Positions 1 through 13,942 of a DNA stretch of 64,000 nt are shown here, piece by piece. A model generated the notes under the pieces. That model was not told the DNA's origin and did no database searches. It worked only from the letters and a program-made list of their open reading frames with translations. The position numbers and the translations under genes were made by a program. The number at the start of each line of letters is the position of its first letter. Positions within the stretch are counted from its first letter, which is position 1. This stretch comes from Haliotis rubra. Taxonomy: Eukaryota. The DNA lies in assembly GCF_003918875.1 (NCBI RefSeq), contig NW_025767501.1:1302001-1366000 (forward strand), read 5' to 3'.

Positions 1-2229
1 ATTAATCTGATACCCCACAAGGCTATGGTGTTTAATGCCAAGTCTTGCTGTCTCTTACAAGATATTACTTCAATATCATTGAAAGTTGTGTACAATATTC
101 CGTGATGTATTTTTGCCATATGTAGAGCCATATCATAGTTAACATCTCTTTTCTTTACATTTTACCATTTTGATCTAGTTTGTCTGAATTGATTAATACA
201 TTAACAATCAATACATATCTCCTATAATATTTGATATTTATGTACCAACTTTAAAGATGAAAGATAACCTATTCTGCTTCATTATTACATTGAAGTGAGG
301 TCACGGTCAGTTTAACTTCATGTTTGACTGATTTTTGCAGTCACGATGACAAAGGATGTAAAATGAAAATGAGAAAAAAATAGTTGCATTGAGATAAATT
401 TTCTGAAATAAATGTTGAATTTAATTGTCAAACAACTGCCATTGATAAAAAGCATAATCTTTCAAAATTTCATTCCTATGATCTACTTTTGCTGGTTTTA
501 AAGCATGGTTGTTCATGAACCATGGGATTGCATACTAGAGAGAGTGTCATGTCAAATATGGTACACACATTTCATGGTTAGCGGCTACTAATGTTCTTTT
601 TGTTTTGCATGTTAAGATTTCATCAAAGATTTATTGTCTATTTGAGTAATTACACAAGAATTTATCATAAACCAAGAACCTGTCACCATAATCTCCATCA
701 GGAATGTCCCAGAGTGGTCAAATCAGGACTGATAGCGATGGATGTGACCTTTTACCTCCCTGACCGATAGTGCCCATCTCACTGAACACAGGCCTTGAGG
801 TCAAACCCTTGATGGCCAGACATCACACACCGAGTCACCCATTGTGTTCAATGGACAGTCTATTTGCTTTTCAATTTTGTCCTAGTGTTAGGTTATTAGT
901 GTTTGTAAATTTAGCTCTTAATCAGTTTGATGCAAGGGTAGCACTGTCTATCCCAGACTTGGAGTAACTGATGAACATTCCAACATGGCCATGTTCTCTG
1001 TCAGAGAACATACAGTTATTTTCATCTGGGTTACATTTCAGAATCTGATGCATTAAAAGGCAAAAATCATGTTTGATGCAACTCCCTTACATTGATTTGT
1101 AATATACATTCAGTAATGGTTTCTACTGAAAAATTGACTAGCCGTTGGATATGTTTATGATGGGTATCATTGGTGGGACAGGATATGCTCACCATTTTTC
1201 AAACACTTTGTATTATCACTATTTGGTAGTGATTCATAAACACATGCTTATGATATAGTCAGATAAACTGAGCTCTTGGCATAGATGTTTTGTGCTTGTT
1301 GGGTTTGTCACTTTTTTATGTCCTCTAAGAATGTAAATGTTTAAAGAAGTTCTAGAGACTTCTGATTCTAGAGACCATCATTTCTTGTGGTATTTTTCTG
1401 TGTAATGGCACACATGGTTGGTTATCACATCATGGTGCTTGTGAGGAATTGGTTGCAACATTATGACAGTCTTTGCAGCAATCCAAATGACACCAAAATG
1501 ATAACAAGGGCAATTTAAGCCTTCAAGAGTGTGATAAAATAAAATATCTCCTTTTATAGAACAATTTTGAAGAACTAGAAATAATTTGGCTTAAGACAAT
1601 GTCTAACCAGACTAATATGTTACCATTACACCAAATCACCTTCTGTCCATCTTGGCAAGACTACTGGTCACTCTAGCTTGACCTGTAGTATCGAATCAAG
1701 TAATTTCTCAACGACTACAACTGTAATTTGACAGATAAATATCCCTTAAAGCACCTGCAGTTGCCTGAAGGTCAGTCAGTTGGAATTGTCTGTTAAGCAC
1801 ATAATGCAGACCTCCAGTAGAATCACTTAATGGATGTGATAGAATTGGCTCTCTGTTGTCAGTGTAATGCTACAACCTAGTGATTGGTGTTTTGCTCACA
1901 TGAGTGTTTTATACCCCGGTACATGTTATGGCTACTTCCTATGGACTGGGGTTTTTTTTGCTCACTGGAGTTATGCTGTCCTAGCATTCACCCACTTCCA
2001 AAAACGACAGTCAAGATTCAAGGATCCAGTTTATCATTTATTGGTAATCTTCATTTGTAGATATGGAAGATATAGGGTAAGATTTGTGGATTTGTAGCCC
2101 AAAATAGGGAGAGAGTCCTGGCCAAGCAGCTTTCCATATTGAAAGTTCGAAAACAAGAGGCACGAGAAAGGTGCTTCCACAAAGAAAGTACCCGTGACAA
2201 ACGGTGCAAGTGAAAAAGTGAAATACAGC

Positions 2230-2950
2230 ACAGGAGTAATATAAACATGTTGTGTCTACCTCCTATTGACTGTCTGTTGCCTTACAGGAGTAATATAAAC
2301 ATGTTGTGTCTACTTCCTATTGACTGTCTGTTGCCTTACAGGAGTAATATAAAGATGTTGTGTCTACTTCTATTAACTGTCTATTGCCTTACAGGAGTAA
2401 TATAAAGATGTTGTGTCTACTTCCTGTTGACTGTCTGTTGCCTCACAGGAGTAATATAAAGATGTTGTGTCTACTTCCTGTTGACTGTCTGTTGCCTTAC
2501 ACAGGAGTAAAACATGTTGTTGTCTTCCTGTTGCAAGATGTTCCCTCACCTACAGAGTAATGTAAAGATGTTGTGTCTACTTGCTGTCTGTTGCTCACAG
2601 AGTGTTGTGTCTACTTCCTGTTGACTGTCTGTTGCCTTACAGAAGTAATATAAAGATGTTGTGTCTACTTCCTGTTGACTGTCTGTTGCCTTACATGAGT
2701 AATATAAACATGTTGTGTCTACTTCCTGTTGACTGTCTGTTGCCTCACAGGAGTAATATAAAGATGTTGTGTCTACTTCTTATTGACTGTCTGTTGCCTT
2801 ACAGGAGTAATATAAAGATGTTGTGTCTACTTCCTGTTGACTGTCTGTTGCCTTACAGGAGTAATATAAAGATGTTGTGTCTACTTCCTGTTGACTGTCT
2901 GTTGCCTTACAGGAGTAATATAAACATGTTGTGTCTACTTCATATTGATT
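2230..2950. repeat. Minisatellite, 54-bp unit, about 13 copies
   Basis: Unit ACAGGAGTAATATAAAGATGTTGTGTCTACTTCCTGTTGACTGTCTGTTGCCTT recurs (e.g. 2801, 2855). It explains the 18-aa periodic ORFs at 2360 and 2581. Confidence 0.95.
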
Positions 2951-3651
2951 GTGTTTTGGACCCAATTAGTAGTGCTGTTTCTTGTTGATATATAGATGTA
3001 TAGATAATGAAGTTCCAATGTTCACATTAAAATGCTCAGAATTCTGTTTTCCTACAAAACCATCCCGTACAAAATCCAAGATTGGTCGATCTTTTGCCAC
3101 CAATATTTTATTTCAGAACAGTTACCATATTTGACACATCAATCACCCAGGGGGCTTGAAAGGTTTCTAAGGGTTGGCACTAACTTAACACTACCCATTA
3201 TTCTAGGGGTTAACTGCTTTAAGCTCCTGAAACCATTCATAAAAACTATTGAAATCTCATTGTGTTGTCGTGATAAAGGATACTTGAAAGTGTTTTCTGA
3301 AACAAACATTCATAATATCCTGAATATGGATAATGAATACATATTAAATCCATTTTAGAGCAGACAAATGTTTTTTTTCATATTTTATAAATTCTGTTAA
3401 CCAAATTGGCTGGTCTAAAGAGGGTGAAAAGACCTGATATATAGAAAATGTTGATATGGTTTTATAGAGCTAAATGGACAATGTATGCTTTGCTTGACTC
3501 TTTGGTGTAAGGAACTTATTTTCTTGTGTATAGTGCAAACTGTAAAACAAAATACAGCTGCCTAGAGTGGGTGGCGTACATATTACTCATGTTCGAACAG
3601 CTTTGCAGATGATACATTACACCAGTTCACTGTTATTTACATCAGCCATGA

Positions 3652-3892
3652 ACCCGTGAGAGCTGGGCTAGAAGTGGCCTTCAGTAACCCATACTTGTCA
3701 TAAGAGGTGACTAACGCGATCGGTTGGTCAGGCTCACCAACTTGGTTCACACATGACATCGTATACCAATTGCGTATATCGATGCTCATGCTGTTGATCT
3801 CTGGATTGTCTGTTCTAGACTTGATTATGTACAGACCTTCGCCATATTGATGGAATATTGCTGAGTGTGGCGTAAAACAACAAGCAACCTGC
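3652..3892 (+). mobile_element. SINE-like retroposon family A, full length
   Basis: Homologous to copies at 8236, 30703, 41568(-), 51311 and 55678. Perfect 14-bp TSD TACATCAGCCATGA at 3638-3651 and 3893-3906. Short AAC-type tail. Confidence 0.9.
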
Positions 3893-5027
3893 TACATCAG
3901 CCATGATCAGATTACCATTACTGATACTTGACAGAGACTGGATCTATATATCATGAATGACAAACTCTGACTTGTTAAAAGTCCTGCTGTTTGCAGTTTG
4001 ACTTATATATATCAACATATTTTTTGGTGATGAAAGTCTGTTGAAAACATCAAACAGTGACTCATCAGACTGTTCTACATGTAAAATATATCTGTCAGTT
4101 TACCAAAGTGCTACAAGTATATTTATTATTTTTGGTCTATCTTTAGAATTAGGCACTGCAAAGTTTACAACACATCATCATACCCTATGATGTCATGTGT
4201 GAAAATTTGATACAAGATAGTGAAAATCAGCTACCAGTACATAATATTCTGTGACGAAGGCACAGCAATAAGGTGTTTAGTTTCATTGAGTGTTCAACAG
4301 CTAGTCTTAGTACCATCCACACACACACTGTCATTGAATGCCCCAGTAATTTGAGCATTTTCAATATTTTATACTGAAAATATTGTGAGCAGCAGCACAT
4401 TTTATTTGATGGATGCATTTTCATTTTCAGCTTGATATACCTGGTTTACACAACCTTCTCATGCATTTTAAAGCATGGAAGCATCTTAATTGCCATTTAT
4501 ACTTGTCTATTTTGATATTTTCAAATTTTCAGTTGTATGTATTCTTCAAACAAAAATGTAGAAAGCACGATGAAGTGGTATGGAATATACTTTGTCCCCA
4601 GACAACCATCATGGCACTTCCACCAAAGCCACTGTCACATGTTATATTTGTAATGATTTGAAAGCTGACCTTGTCATGTCAGTAGCCATGCCTTTGCATG
4701 CCTAGCTCCATACTTATATCCAGATTATCATGACAGTGTTCCCTCCCTCACTGTTCTGTCACATGGCCATTCAAGAATAATTCAAATACTAATTCCTATG
4801 TACTCCTGAATAAAATGTTGGACACCTAGACTCATTCTACACTTTCATAACTGTCTGTCCCAATTCTCACCTTTCTGTTCCATACCTGTTAAGGCATTGC
4901 AAGGTAAATATTAACATATTTTATCAGTGTGGATGTGGCTCAGAGAGTAAATTGTTACAATCCAAAAGTCATAACTTTGAATCCAATAGATTCTCACTAA
5001 AAAAGAAAGTCTCAACATATGACATCA

Positions 5028-5232
5028 CCTCAGAAATATTCTCCTGAGACTGAGCTGAAGGTGTTTATGGCCTCAGAAATATTCTTCTGAAACTGGGCAA
5101 AAGGTGCTGTGACCTCAGAAATACTCTCCTGAAACTGAGCTGAAGGTGCTTATGGCCTCAGAAATATTCTTCTGAAACTGGGCTAAAGGTGCTATGACCT
5201 CAGATATATTGTTCTGAAACTGAGCTGAAGGT
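5028..5232. repeat. Tandem repeat of alternating 43/42-bp units (85-bp dimer), 5 units
   Basis: CCTCAGA(A/T)ATA starts at 5028, 5071, 5113, 5156, 5198. Variants CTGAGCTGAAGG and CTGGGC(A/T)AAAGG alternate. Confidence 0.85.
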
Positions 5233-6264
5233 ACTTCTATGATAATTTCAGATTCAATTTCAACAGATCATTGCACAAAATTGAGAGTTATGTTGTTTGG
5301 TATCATTTCACTGAATAACTGTTAGATCTTGGAAGTAATGTCTGCATTTACAAGACAACTACACACTGTAATCTTAATCTCTGTTACACGGTTCCAAGCA
5401 GAACCGGAGATACAACTGAATTGGTAAATCATTGGATCTAGTGATGAGGAATCATAAATTTCACATTTTCATTGACCAATGTTTTTACTGCTTGTCACAT
5501 TATATGGAACAGCAATTTCCTCAAAATATATACCCAAGAATGACGTATGCGTAACAAACACAAGCATGCATTATGCATAAGAAAATATGATACTCAGAAA
5601 CCAACGTCTGCAGCACCAAGCAGAACTTCTTGAAGCCGTAACTCCGACCTGGCATATGGCAGTGACATGACTAATCACCAACAGTGCCACTAAGTTAATT
5701 TCTCATTTCTGTTGTGTGGCCTTCAGGCTACAGCAGTTTGTTGACTTTGTGCAAAACTGTATTTGGCCAAAAAGCCTTATTCACAAACTACAATCGGTCT
5801 CGATTAGTGCTATTTTTGCATCGCAAAAATGAAAATACAGCAAGAAGTGATTTGATTGGCAGAGACACAGCAGGCATCCAATGAAATTACTTACCCTCCT
5901 GCTGATGGCATATGACTATTGCGAATGAGTCACTTCCCTTTCATTTAAAAATTGATTGAAACTTTTGTGTTGGTGAATTGGTTACAAAAACAAGTTCATT
6001 ATTATTCAAATGTTTTTAAAATCAAGGGAAAATAGGTCTGGCAGGTTATATAAAACAAGAGATAAACTGGTATTGCCTAATGCTGAAGACCAATGTCAGG
6101 AAACACTTTTCTTTCAAGACTGGTTTCGGTGTCATGGTTGTGGATCTGCTTGGCCAGGATTTTGTTTATGGTACTGTGTAACATGGAACATTATGGATCC
6201 GGCTTTAAAACATTTTCTAATTGAAACAAATGTGGTGTCATACAAACAGTTAAAAGAGAGTTAA

Positions 6265-6535
6265 GGGACCGAGCACGTGTTAAGGTTTTTGTTTTTGTAT
6301 GCTGTTTAGGTGCTTGGGTTCAGAAATGTTTGATGTGCAGTCATTCATTTTCTGCATGACCCCTCTCCACATCTTTGTGTCATTATTCCCCTGAAAAAAA
6401 TGCAATGATAGCTTTCTGTGTTTCTTTCAGTCCTCTTTTTCCACTTCTAATATGCTGTCATACTTTTTCATGGCCCACCCCCTAATCCTGACTCATTTTG
6501 CTCCGCCCTCTTCCTTGCAACAAATGACTGGTCCC
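6265..6535. mobile_element. PIF/Harbinger-like MITE
   Basis: Imperfect TIRs GGGACCGAGCACGTGTT / AACAAATGACTGGTCCC, with TAA on both sides (6262-6264, 6536-6538), the typical Harbinger 3-bp TSD. Confidence 0.65.
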
Positions 6536-7773
6536 TAATGCAGTATAGAACTAATGGTCTTGCATTTCAGAATTGTGCCATTCATACAAGAAAGCCACAA
6601 TTCACTCACCTCTATGACATGATATATACATTATTTAGGGGGACTGATTAACTTGCGTGGGAATGTAATCCATCCTATTATAACTGCACCTTAGTGGTTT
6701 CAATGTGCCAGACATATTTTTCTAGTACAAGCTTGATAAACAGTTTTTCGAGTTATGAAAACCATTTGCATTAATTTCAGAAGGAAAACCTGAACCTTGT
6801 TACAAGTTAGCGCCACTACTCATTCGTCTTGACAATGGGTTTTTCTTGTGACCAAGTAATCTTGGGTCCCCCTGGACTTGCAACATGAGCTAGCCAACAG
6901 TTTGAAACACAAATGTTGTCGCACATACTAATGGATATTTCTTGATCCCATTGAAGTCTGCATAACATCCAAGCGTCTCATCATGTCAGCTGACCAAGGG
7001 ATATTGGGCACTCTTTGACCAGGATTCCTCCAGATTTGCTTGAAAGGACATCAGCTTACCATATTGATGAACGTTGACTCCTAAACCAATTGCAGGAATT
7101 GTGGTAACAAGGCATTAACTTGAATTATTGTCTGACCTACAAATGCTTCCATGCGTCCAGGGATGCTTTGGAACCTTTCGGGTTATCGCTGGTGTTTCAA
7201 GTTTACTGATATACTGTGACGAGAGCTTAAGAACATTGGGACTGTTATTGCAGAACATAATTTATGCTATACCAATAATTTGTAACAGTGGTTGAATCCA
7301 ACTCTTAAGTCAGTTTTCCAGATGATGGATGTAAAAAAAACTTTCTAAATGTCAGAAACTTCGACTCCTCCTGTAGATACATTACAATCTTTCTGCTGTG
7401 AACATTTTTTGTGCCAATTTCTATTGCTGTGAAATCATACAATCTTTATTTTCTATATCAGCGTATATATAATCTATATCAATAGTTTGTATAAAAAGTC
7501 ATTTTGTAAAAAGGGATAAAATAAGTAAGCTTGTATTTGGTTGACTTTTTTACATATATTTTGTCAGGTCTGTGAACAAGACATTATCCTTTGTGTTTTT
7601 ATCAGTGTGCAGTCAGTACATCAGGATTGTGCACCATTACAAACAAACTGACCAAACAAATGTGACATTTTGTTAGATAAGGACATAATGCTGATTGTTT
7701 GAATGTTAATTTACCGGGGTGAAGAGTAATTGCTAATTTATTCATTAGTTAGTCATTATTACTGTAGTTTCTC

Positions 7774-8220
7774 AACAAATGGGATTTTTGGTCAGTAGTC
7801 AGATCCCCTGAATGCCAATAACACAGACCACTTGAGTTGGCCATCATGAAGCATTTTACAGATGTGACTCTCTGACCTTGACCTTGACCTTATACCAAAA
7901 CCTGTATCCAGAAGCAGAAAGGTCAAGTGGGATTTGGTGCAGATTTCTTATCATTTCAATATGTTAATTCAGCTATGATATTTGAGGATTTAAGAACAAA
8001 TCCTAGGGGAAATTCGGGTGTATTTTAAAGAACAAATAACTCCTGTGTCAAAACTCATAATTTTGTTTTCTTCAGCATGGACACAGAATGTTATTCAACC
8101 TGCACAGTTTCACAGAAAAATGTTAAGTGTGCAGACCAGTGATGTAACCTCAGACACATAGCAGAAAGCCACTAGACTATAGGCCTTGTTCTTCTCAGAA
8201 GTGAAAGCTTCGTACTATAA
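7774..8220 (-). mobile_element. Degenerate Helentron/HINE-like non-autonomous element
   Basis: AACAA start, TGACCTTGACCTTGACC motif, AAATAACTCC motif and ACTATA...ACTATAA end. These resemble reverse-oriented mollusc HINE-type elements. Boundaries uncertain. Confidence 0.35.
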
Positions 8221-8235
8221 TCCTGTTATAAATAG

Positions 8236-8462
8236 AACCCGTGAATATCTGGGTTGAATTGATCTTCAGTAACCCATGCTTGTCGTAAGAGGCCACTAAG
8301 GTGATCGGGTGGTCAGGCTCGCTGACTTGCTTGACACATGTCATCATATCCCATTTGCTCATGCTGTTGATCACTGGATTGTCTGGTCAGACTCGATTAT
8401 TTACAGGCCACCACCATATATGTGGAATACTGCTGAGTGCCCCGTAAAACTAAACTCACTCA
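8236..8462 (+). mobile_element. SINE-like retroposon family A, full length
   Basis: Family A homology; 13-bp TSD CTGTTATAAATAG at 8223-8235 and 8463-8475; CTAAACTCACTCA tail. Confidence 0.9.
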
Positions 8463-10344
8463 CTGTTATAAATAGTAAATATCCTCATATGATATAGGTG
8501 TTAAATGATTTTTTCCCTGGATGAAATTTAAAAGTTGTATATAAGATACAACTTGAATATGAAATAGTTGGCTCCACTACTTTGTTATTTCACCCATCTT
8601 GTTTGAGAATGAATGAAAACCATGGAGCTAGAGAATGTTGCCTAACTGTTTGACAAGAACCGTTAGCCTGCTACAAGATGAAAGAGGCAGCTTTATGTAG
8701 CCAGAGTCAGGGCAGGGTTGTAATGGGAGCCTGTTTGTGTCTGTGAATACCACTGGAGGGAGCCAAACAGCTTGATGTCTTATGTTGTGATTCATAATCA
8801 TCTTCACAATGAGTGATTGATTCATTGATACTGTTATTATTCACCTTCAGACCAACATGGTTTACAAGACATCATTAGATGATCGGCTGAATTTGTTTAC
8901 AAGAAGCTTTTCATGATTGAATGATCTTCATGACTTAAAACAATTGGAGGAAAATATAAACCTTTTTGATCAATGCAGTTTCTTCAAAGTAAAAATCATT
9001 GTGGTTATAGAACTGCTGACATACATGATCTCTTTCTCATACAGCCAAAAAGGAAGAATTCATTGGAAAGTATTTTTAGCATTGTGCCTGTTCTGTTTAT
9101 TCTGTTAACCCTGTTTACTTACGAATACACATAAGGTTAGTGAGTGGTACATTTACCATTTTTCGTTATCATCTTGTCTGGTACATCTTGTTAAGTTGGC
9201 TCATCTTGTATCATGCTAAAAAAAGTAATCCTCCGTTCTTGTTACTTTAACACGTTCATTTCTAACTTGGCTCATGCTTTCTCTCACACTTGAGCTTGAA
9301 ATTAAATAAAACCAATCTAATGCTTCCTTTAAATACATGTTTGGCATATACCAGCAATTAAAATCATGGTCTACTTGATGTTTTAATCAAATCAGAAGAC
9401 TTGGGGAGTGGGTGGAAGCCTTATAGGAATTGGCCTTCTGAGAAGTGAATGCTTATGTGGTAAAATGTCCTTGTTGACATGGATACATTCATCCTAGAAA
9501 ACCCGATATCACTGCTTCATTCAGTTGTACATTAAAACAAAAATAACATTCCATAATCATGAGAAATATCTATTACAAGCAGAATCCATTGTACTGTTGT
9601 GACAATATGCAATAGGCTTAGAGATGAGGTGTTTGCAAAAAGGTGAGAATATCCTATCTTACCAGTGCCATATATCACAAACACAAGCATGGCAAGTTAA
9701 ATGTTCTTCTGAACAAACACAGCAACATAAGGAAAAAATAGGGAATTGCATCGGACATCTTGTTTAGGCACAGATGCATCAACGTTTGAAATGCACTCCA
9801 CATGTCTACAATAAAAGAATTGAAAGTATACTAAGGCTTTAAATTCTTACCTGATCAGATAACATTTGAGCAAGCGTTGTATGACTCTTTTGAAAAAAAG
9901 AGCCTGCTTGATTGGCCCTTAAAGCTTTGAAATATGGACACCATAGGCTGTAGTTTCTGGAATATAGATCAGCATAAAGGGAAATTAACTGCTGGAAAGT
10001 TTCAGTTTGAAAAAATTCAGTGTAACTTAAAGGGATGTCTATTTTAAACATTGTGTCATTTGAATCAGAAGCTATGTTGGTAAATGGGCCCTGACTATTC
10101 TTCACAACAGAATGATGGTATGCTGCCGTAGACAGTTGTCGATGTAAACTTGTTGGCATCACATAGTAATCAAAACTCTCCGCAGTGTTAGTGGTGAAAT
10201 CCCTGCAAGTCACAATATAGATATAGAGGTGAATCCTCAAACTGATCATGGGATTTTAGCCAGGACTCACTCAGAATATTTTCAGCACCAAACATGCTCA
10301 TAAGTTTCACCACAGCAGGTCTTGTTCCCACATCAAGCTGCTAT

Positions 10345-10731
10345 ATAGAAAATCTCACTCTTGTGTCTACTGATATCAATTATATCAACACAAGTTGATA
10401 AAGTTACAAATATCCCAGGCTTGCCGAGGATATTTTTACTTTTATCGAGCATTGATATAATTGATATCAGTAGACATGAGGGTGAGATTCTATTTATCAT
10501 TACAAATCACTCTTCATTACTTTTCAATGAAAAATGTAAATCTCTGAACATGGTACTACCATTAGACTTGCAGTGCAGAGAACACATAGCATTGTGACAT
10601 CATCAAGTTCATGATGTCATAGCATTGTCAGGGCATTGTACAAAATCTACTGTCAAAACGATATCTCGTAGCAGATATCATTCGATCTCACACAAGCAAT
10701 ATCTCCTGTGGAACACAGTTTTGGGTGATAA
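10345..10731. mobile_element. Hairpin-headed non-autonomous element (possibly tyrosine-recombinase type)
   Basis: About 150-bp imperfect palindrome 10345-10493 with perfect 25-bp arms (10364-10388 / 10452-10476) and a central CCAGGCTTGCCGAGG. It is followed by TTATCA (10494-10499), which is complementary to the putative terminus TGATAA (10726-10731). Confidence 0.55.
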
Positions 10732-12021
10732 AATGCTATGCACTATGAAACTTTAATACTGTTCAAAGTGACCGTAAGATCCTTATATGCTCACATATTC
10801 AACTTAATATAACTTTTGAAAATGTACTTTTCAATGTCACTATTTCATATGCGCAGATCATTTTAATAGTTATTGATGCATAAAAGAATAAAGAGGTGTA
10901 TGACTTTTTTAACCACTCCTCACACACCACCAGCCTATCGGTCCAGATTGTAAACTGTCTGCCCAAATAACAGAAGCACCACTATTGACCCGAGTCACTT
11001 GCTGTTGAGTAACATTTCATGTAAGCGCTCCTAATGCAGGGGGCCCGGCCAGCATATTATCGGACTTCATTGTGTAAATCCTTTTTGTATTTTAGGCCGT
11101 ATTGTAACCCTACGTAAACTCGGAAATCAGGTCAGATTGAGGTATAGAGATTTTTGCTTAATGTTTCTCTCTGGAATCAAAGACATAAATCAAGTTCAAA
11201 CAGTCCAATATTTTTAAGTGCTTATATTTGTTAGGGATTATTTTGTTAACTTTGATAATTGTGGATCAATTCAGGGCCTGACCAATCTTATTTGAGATTT
11301 ACAGAAACGCCTGCTTTCAATTTGGCAAAAGTAAGGGAAAAGAGAATATGTGCTGAAAATATAATATATTGCTTTTTTAATCATTTTCTTTTGAGGAAGG
11401 TTATTTTGGAGATTATGTTTTACATATAATTATATCTTAAGTATATTTATATTTTGCCTGTTACCTCTTGGCGTTCTGATCCTGAGAATCAGTAAAACAT
11501 CTAAGAGAATTGGTGTGGCCTTAATGTGTTCAGAAGAACAGCTTGGTTGCTGAAATGGTCAGCCATTCGTCAGTGCAATGATTCCAAGAAGGTATAATTA
11601 GTTTTATTCAGACACTTAACCACATCATATGGTCAGTTGGTCAATAAATGCACACACTATGACAAGGTATATTTGTAAAATGGCAACCTATTCAAGCTTA
11701 ATTTAGAGTCATATATGCATATTAACCCAAGCAGCTTTCACATCAAACATTGCTGGACTCACAGTCACCTCCGTCCACTTTCAATAATCGCTACAGTCAT
11801 CAAGCAGAAACTTTGTTTAAGATGTAAAGGAAAATTGATTCAGTCGCCAATCTTGGTCATTTACCAATTGGTTCTGTTTGATTCTCCGAAAAGAGCCGGA
11901 AATCAGATTTAGGCAACATTTCTGGTGCTACAGCATATTTATTGTCATGGAGCTGTCAATTTGAAATTATTCAAAAGCCAGAATGCCATTTTGCTGAAGT
12001 ATAGTACTGGGGCCAAGAGCA

Positions 12022-13272
12022 GGTAGCAGGTCAAAAGGGCCGCAAGAAAGTCAAAAGGGCCACAAACCCCTAGTCAAAAGGGCCACATCAAAAAGTCAAA
12101 AAGTCAAAAGGGCCTCAGACCCCAAGTCAAAAGGGCCCCATATAAAAAAAAAATAATTATAACATTTTTTTTATACCCGGTAAGTATTATAGTAAAAGGT
12201 TATACATCTATACAATGTATATTTTATGCATACTAGTCCTGTTTTTAATAGATATTTTTTTCAATATTAGAAATGATGACAAACAATAGATAGACAAATA
12301 GACAAATGCACACTGAAGTCTCCAACATTAGAGAGAAATGACCGACTTTCTATACTGACAGATACAGCAGCATCTTGAGTGGTCTGACACATGTGACAGC
12401 TAAAAGGAAAACGATCCCCACTGTCCACAAGCTGTGAAAACTAGCACTGGTCTCTTGATACTCCTGTGTCGCATGTCCTGTTGGACCGTCTCGTGCAACA
12501 ATCACACTTGATGGCATGCTGGTTCTTCCTCACTGTTTTCAAACACTTCACACACTTTACTGCCATAGTAGAGGGAAGCGATATCAAAAACAAGTCTGTC
12601 CATGATTTTATTGTCACACATTGACACAGAGTCAGCACAGTGAGGTTAAACCTGTCAGTTGTAAGGTTTAATAACAAAGAAAACAATACTCTAAAATATT
12701 CTGACAGTATTCACTGAAGAGCAGAGCAAACAAGACATCTAAGGGATTAGCGACAGCTTACATGATTGTCAAAACACAAATATGGCATGAAAGGAATATA
12801 TTGTGTATAAGTGTTTTTGTGTAATTTTGTAGTTTCTTACTGGCATGTGGTACTTTTGTTAAATGCATTTCTCTGCCAAAGTATTTGTCATAATCATAAA
12901 TGACAAGTGTTTTTATACTGAAATGAAATAAATAACCATTACATTCATCTATTGTTTGTCATTATTTTCTTTCTAATATTGAAAAAAATATCTATTAAAA
13001 ACAGGATTAGTATGCATAAAATATACATTGTATAGATGTATAACCTTTTACTATAATACTTACCGGGTATAAAAAAATTGTTATAATTATTATTTTTTTT
13101 ATGGGGCCCTTTTGACTAGGGGTCTGAGGCCCTTTTGACTTTTTGATGCGGCCCTTTTGACTTTTTGATGTGGCCCTTTTGACTAGGGGTTTGTGGCCCT
13201 TTTGACTTTCTTGCGGCTCTTTTGACTTTGTTTTGTGGCCCTTTTGTCATGCGGCCCTTTTGACTAGGACCC
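12022..13272. mobile_element. Mutator-like (MULE) non-autonomous DNA transposon
   Basis: Long TIRs (about 12022-12291 and 12947-13272) containing GTCAAAAGGGCC sub-repeats; G-starting termini; perfect 9-bp TSD CCAAGAGCA at 12013-12021 and 13273-13281. Confidence 0.85.
12384..12566 (-). pseudogene. Decayed PHD-finger coding fragment inside the MULE
   Basis: Read-through translation MAVKCVKCLKTVRKNQHAIKCDCCTRRSNRTCDTGVSRDQC*FSQLVDSGDRFPFSCHMCQ has C4HC3 spacing, with the His replaced by Asn and one in-frame stop. Confidence 0.7.
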
Positions 13273-13942
13273 CCAAGAGCATACAGAGTGTAATTATTAT
13301 CTATAGTGTACTTTACGCAATCCAGGTTACTCTTGCTTATTTGAACAGTCGGTGTTATCAGCTTTGCTGTTTGACTGGAGTGAAAAATTAGACTGTGATA
13401 ATATTTACTGTATGTCTAAGTTGGGAGTGTATATTGGTGGCTTTATGCTTCCATTGCTGGCAGTAATGAAGGAGAACCTGTCTTCTTGTGTGCCTGTTCT
13501 TGATCAATCTGTCAGGATTTCCGACAATTTGATTTTAATGCTCTTATTTGACATTGGATTAAAGGAATAAATTGCAGGATTGATAGTTGAGGGTTTAATT
13601 AATTCTTGTTTTGTTAAATAAATTCCATTAAAGGTTATGTTTGCTCTGAGGTATTCTAATTAACAGAAAACATTTTGACAGCATCTTTGTCTTTGCTGGC
13701 TAGGTTTAACAGATTAGTGCTGAAAAAAGAACTGAATCGTTCCTTAGGTAAATAGCTTTTCAGTAACATCAGGCTTCTAATGCAGTAATGTTAGTTTTTT
13801 TATATGAAACTTTACTTTGAACAGACATTGATATTATTAATGAGCTAATAAGGTCCATTTGTTTGTTTTGGGATGAAATATTAACATTTCTTGTTGATGT
13901 CAGTGAGTGTGTTAAAGATAAAAACATTCCTATCCTCATCTC

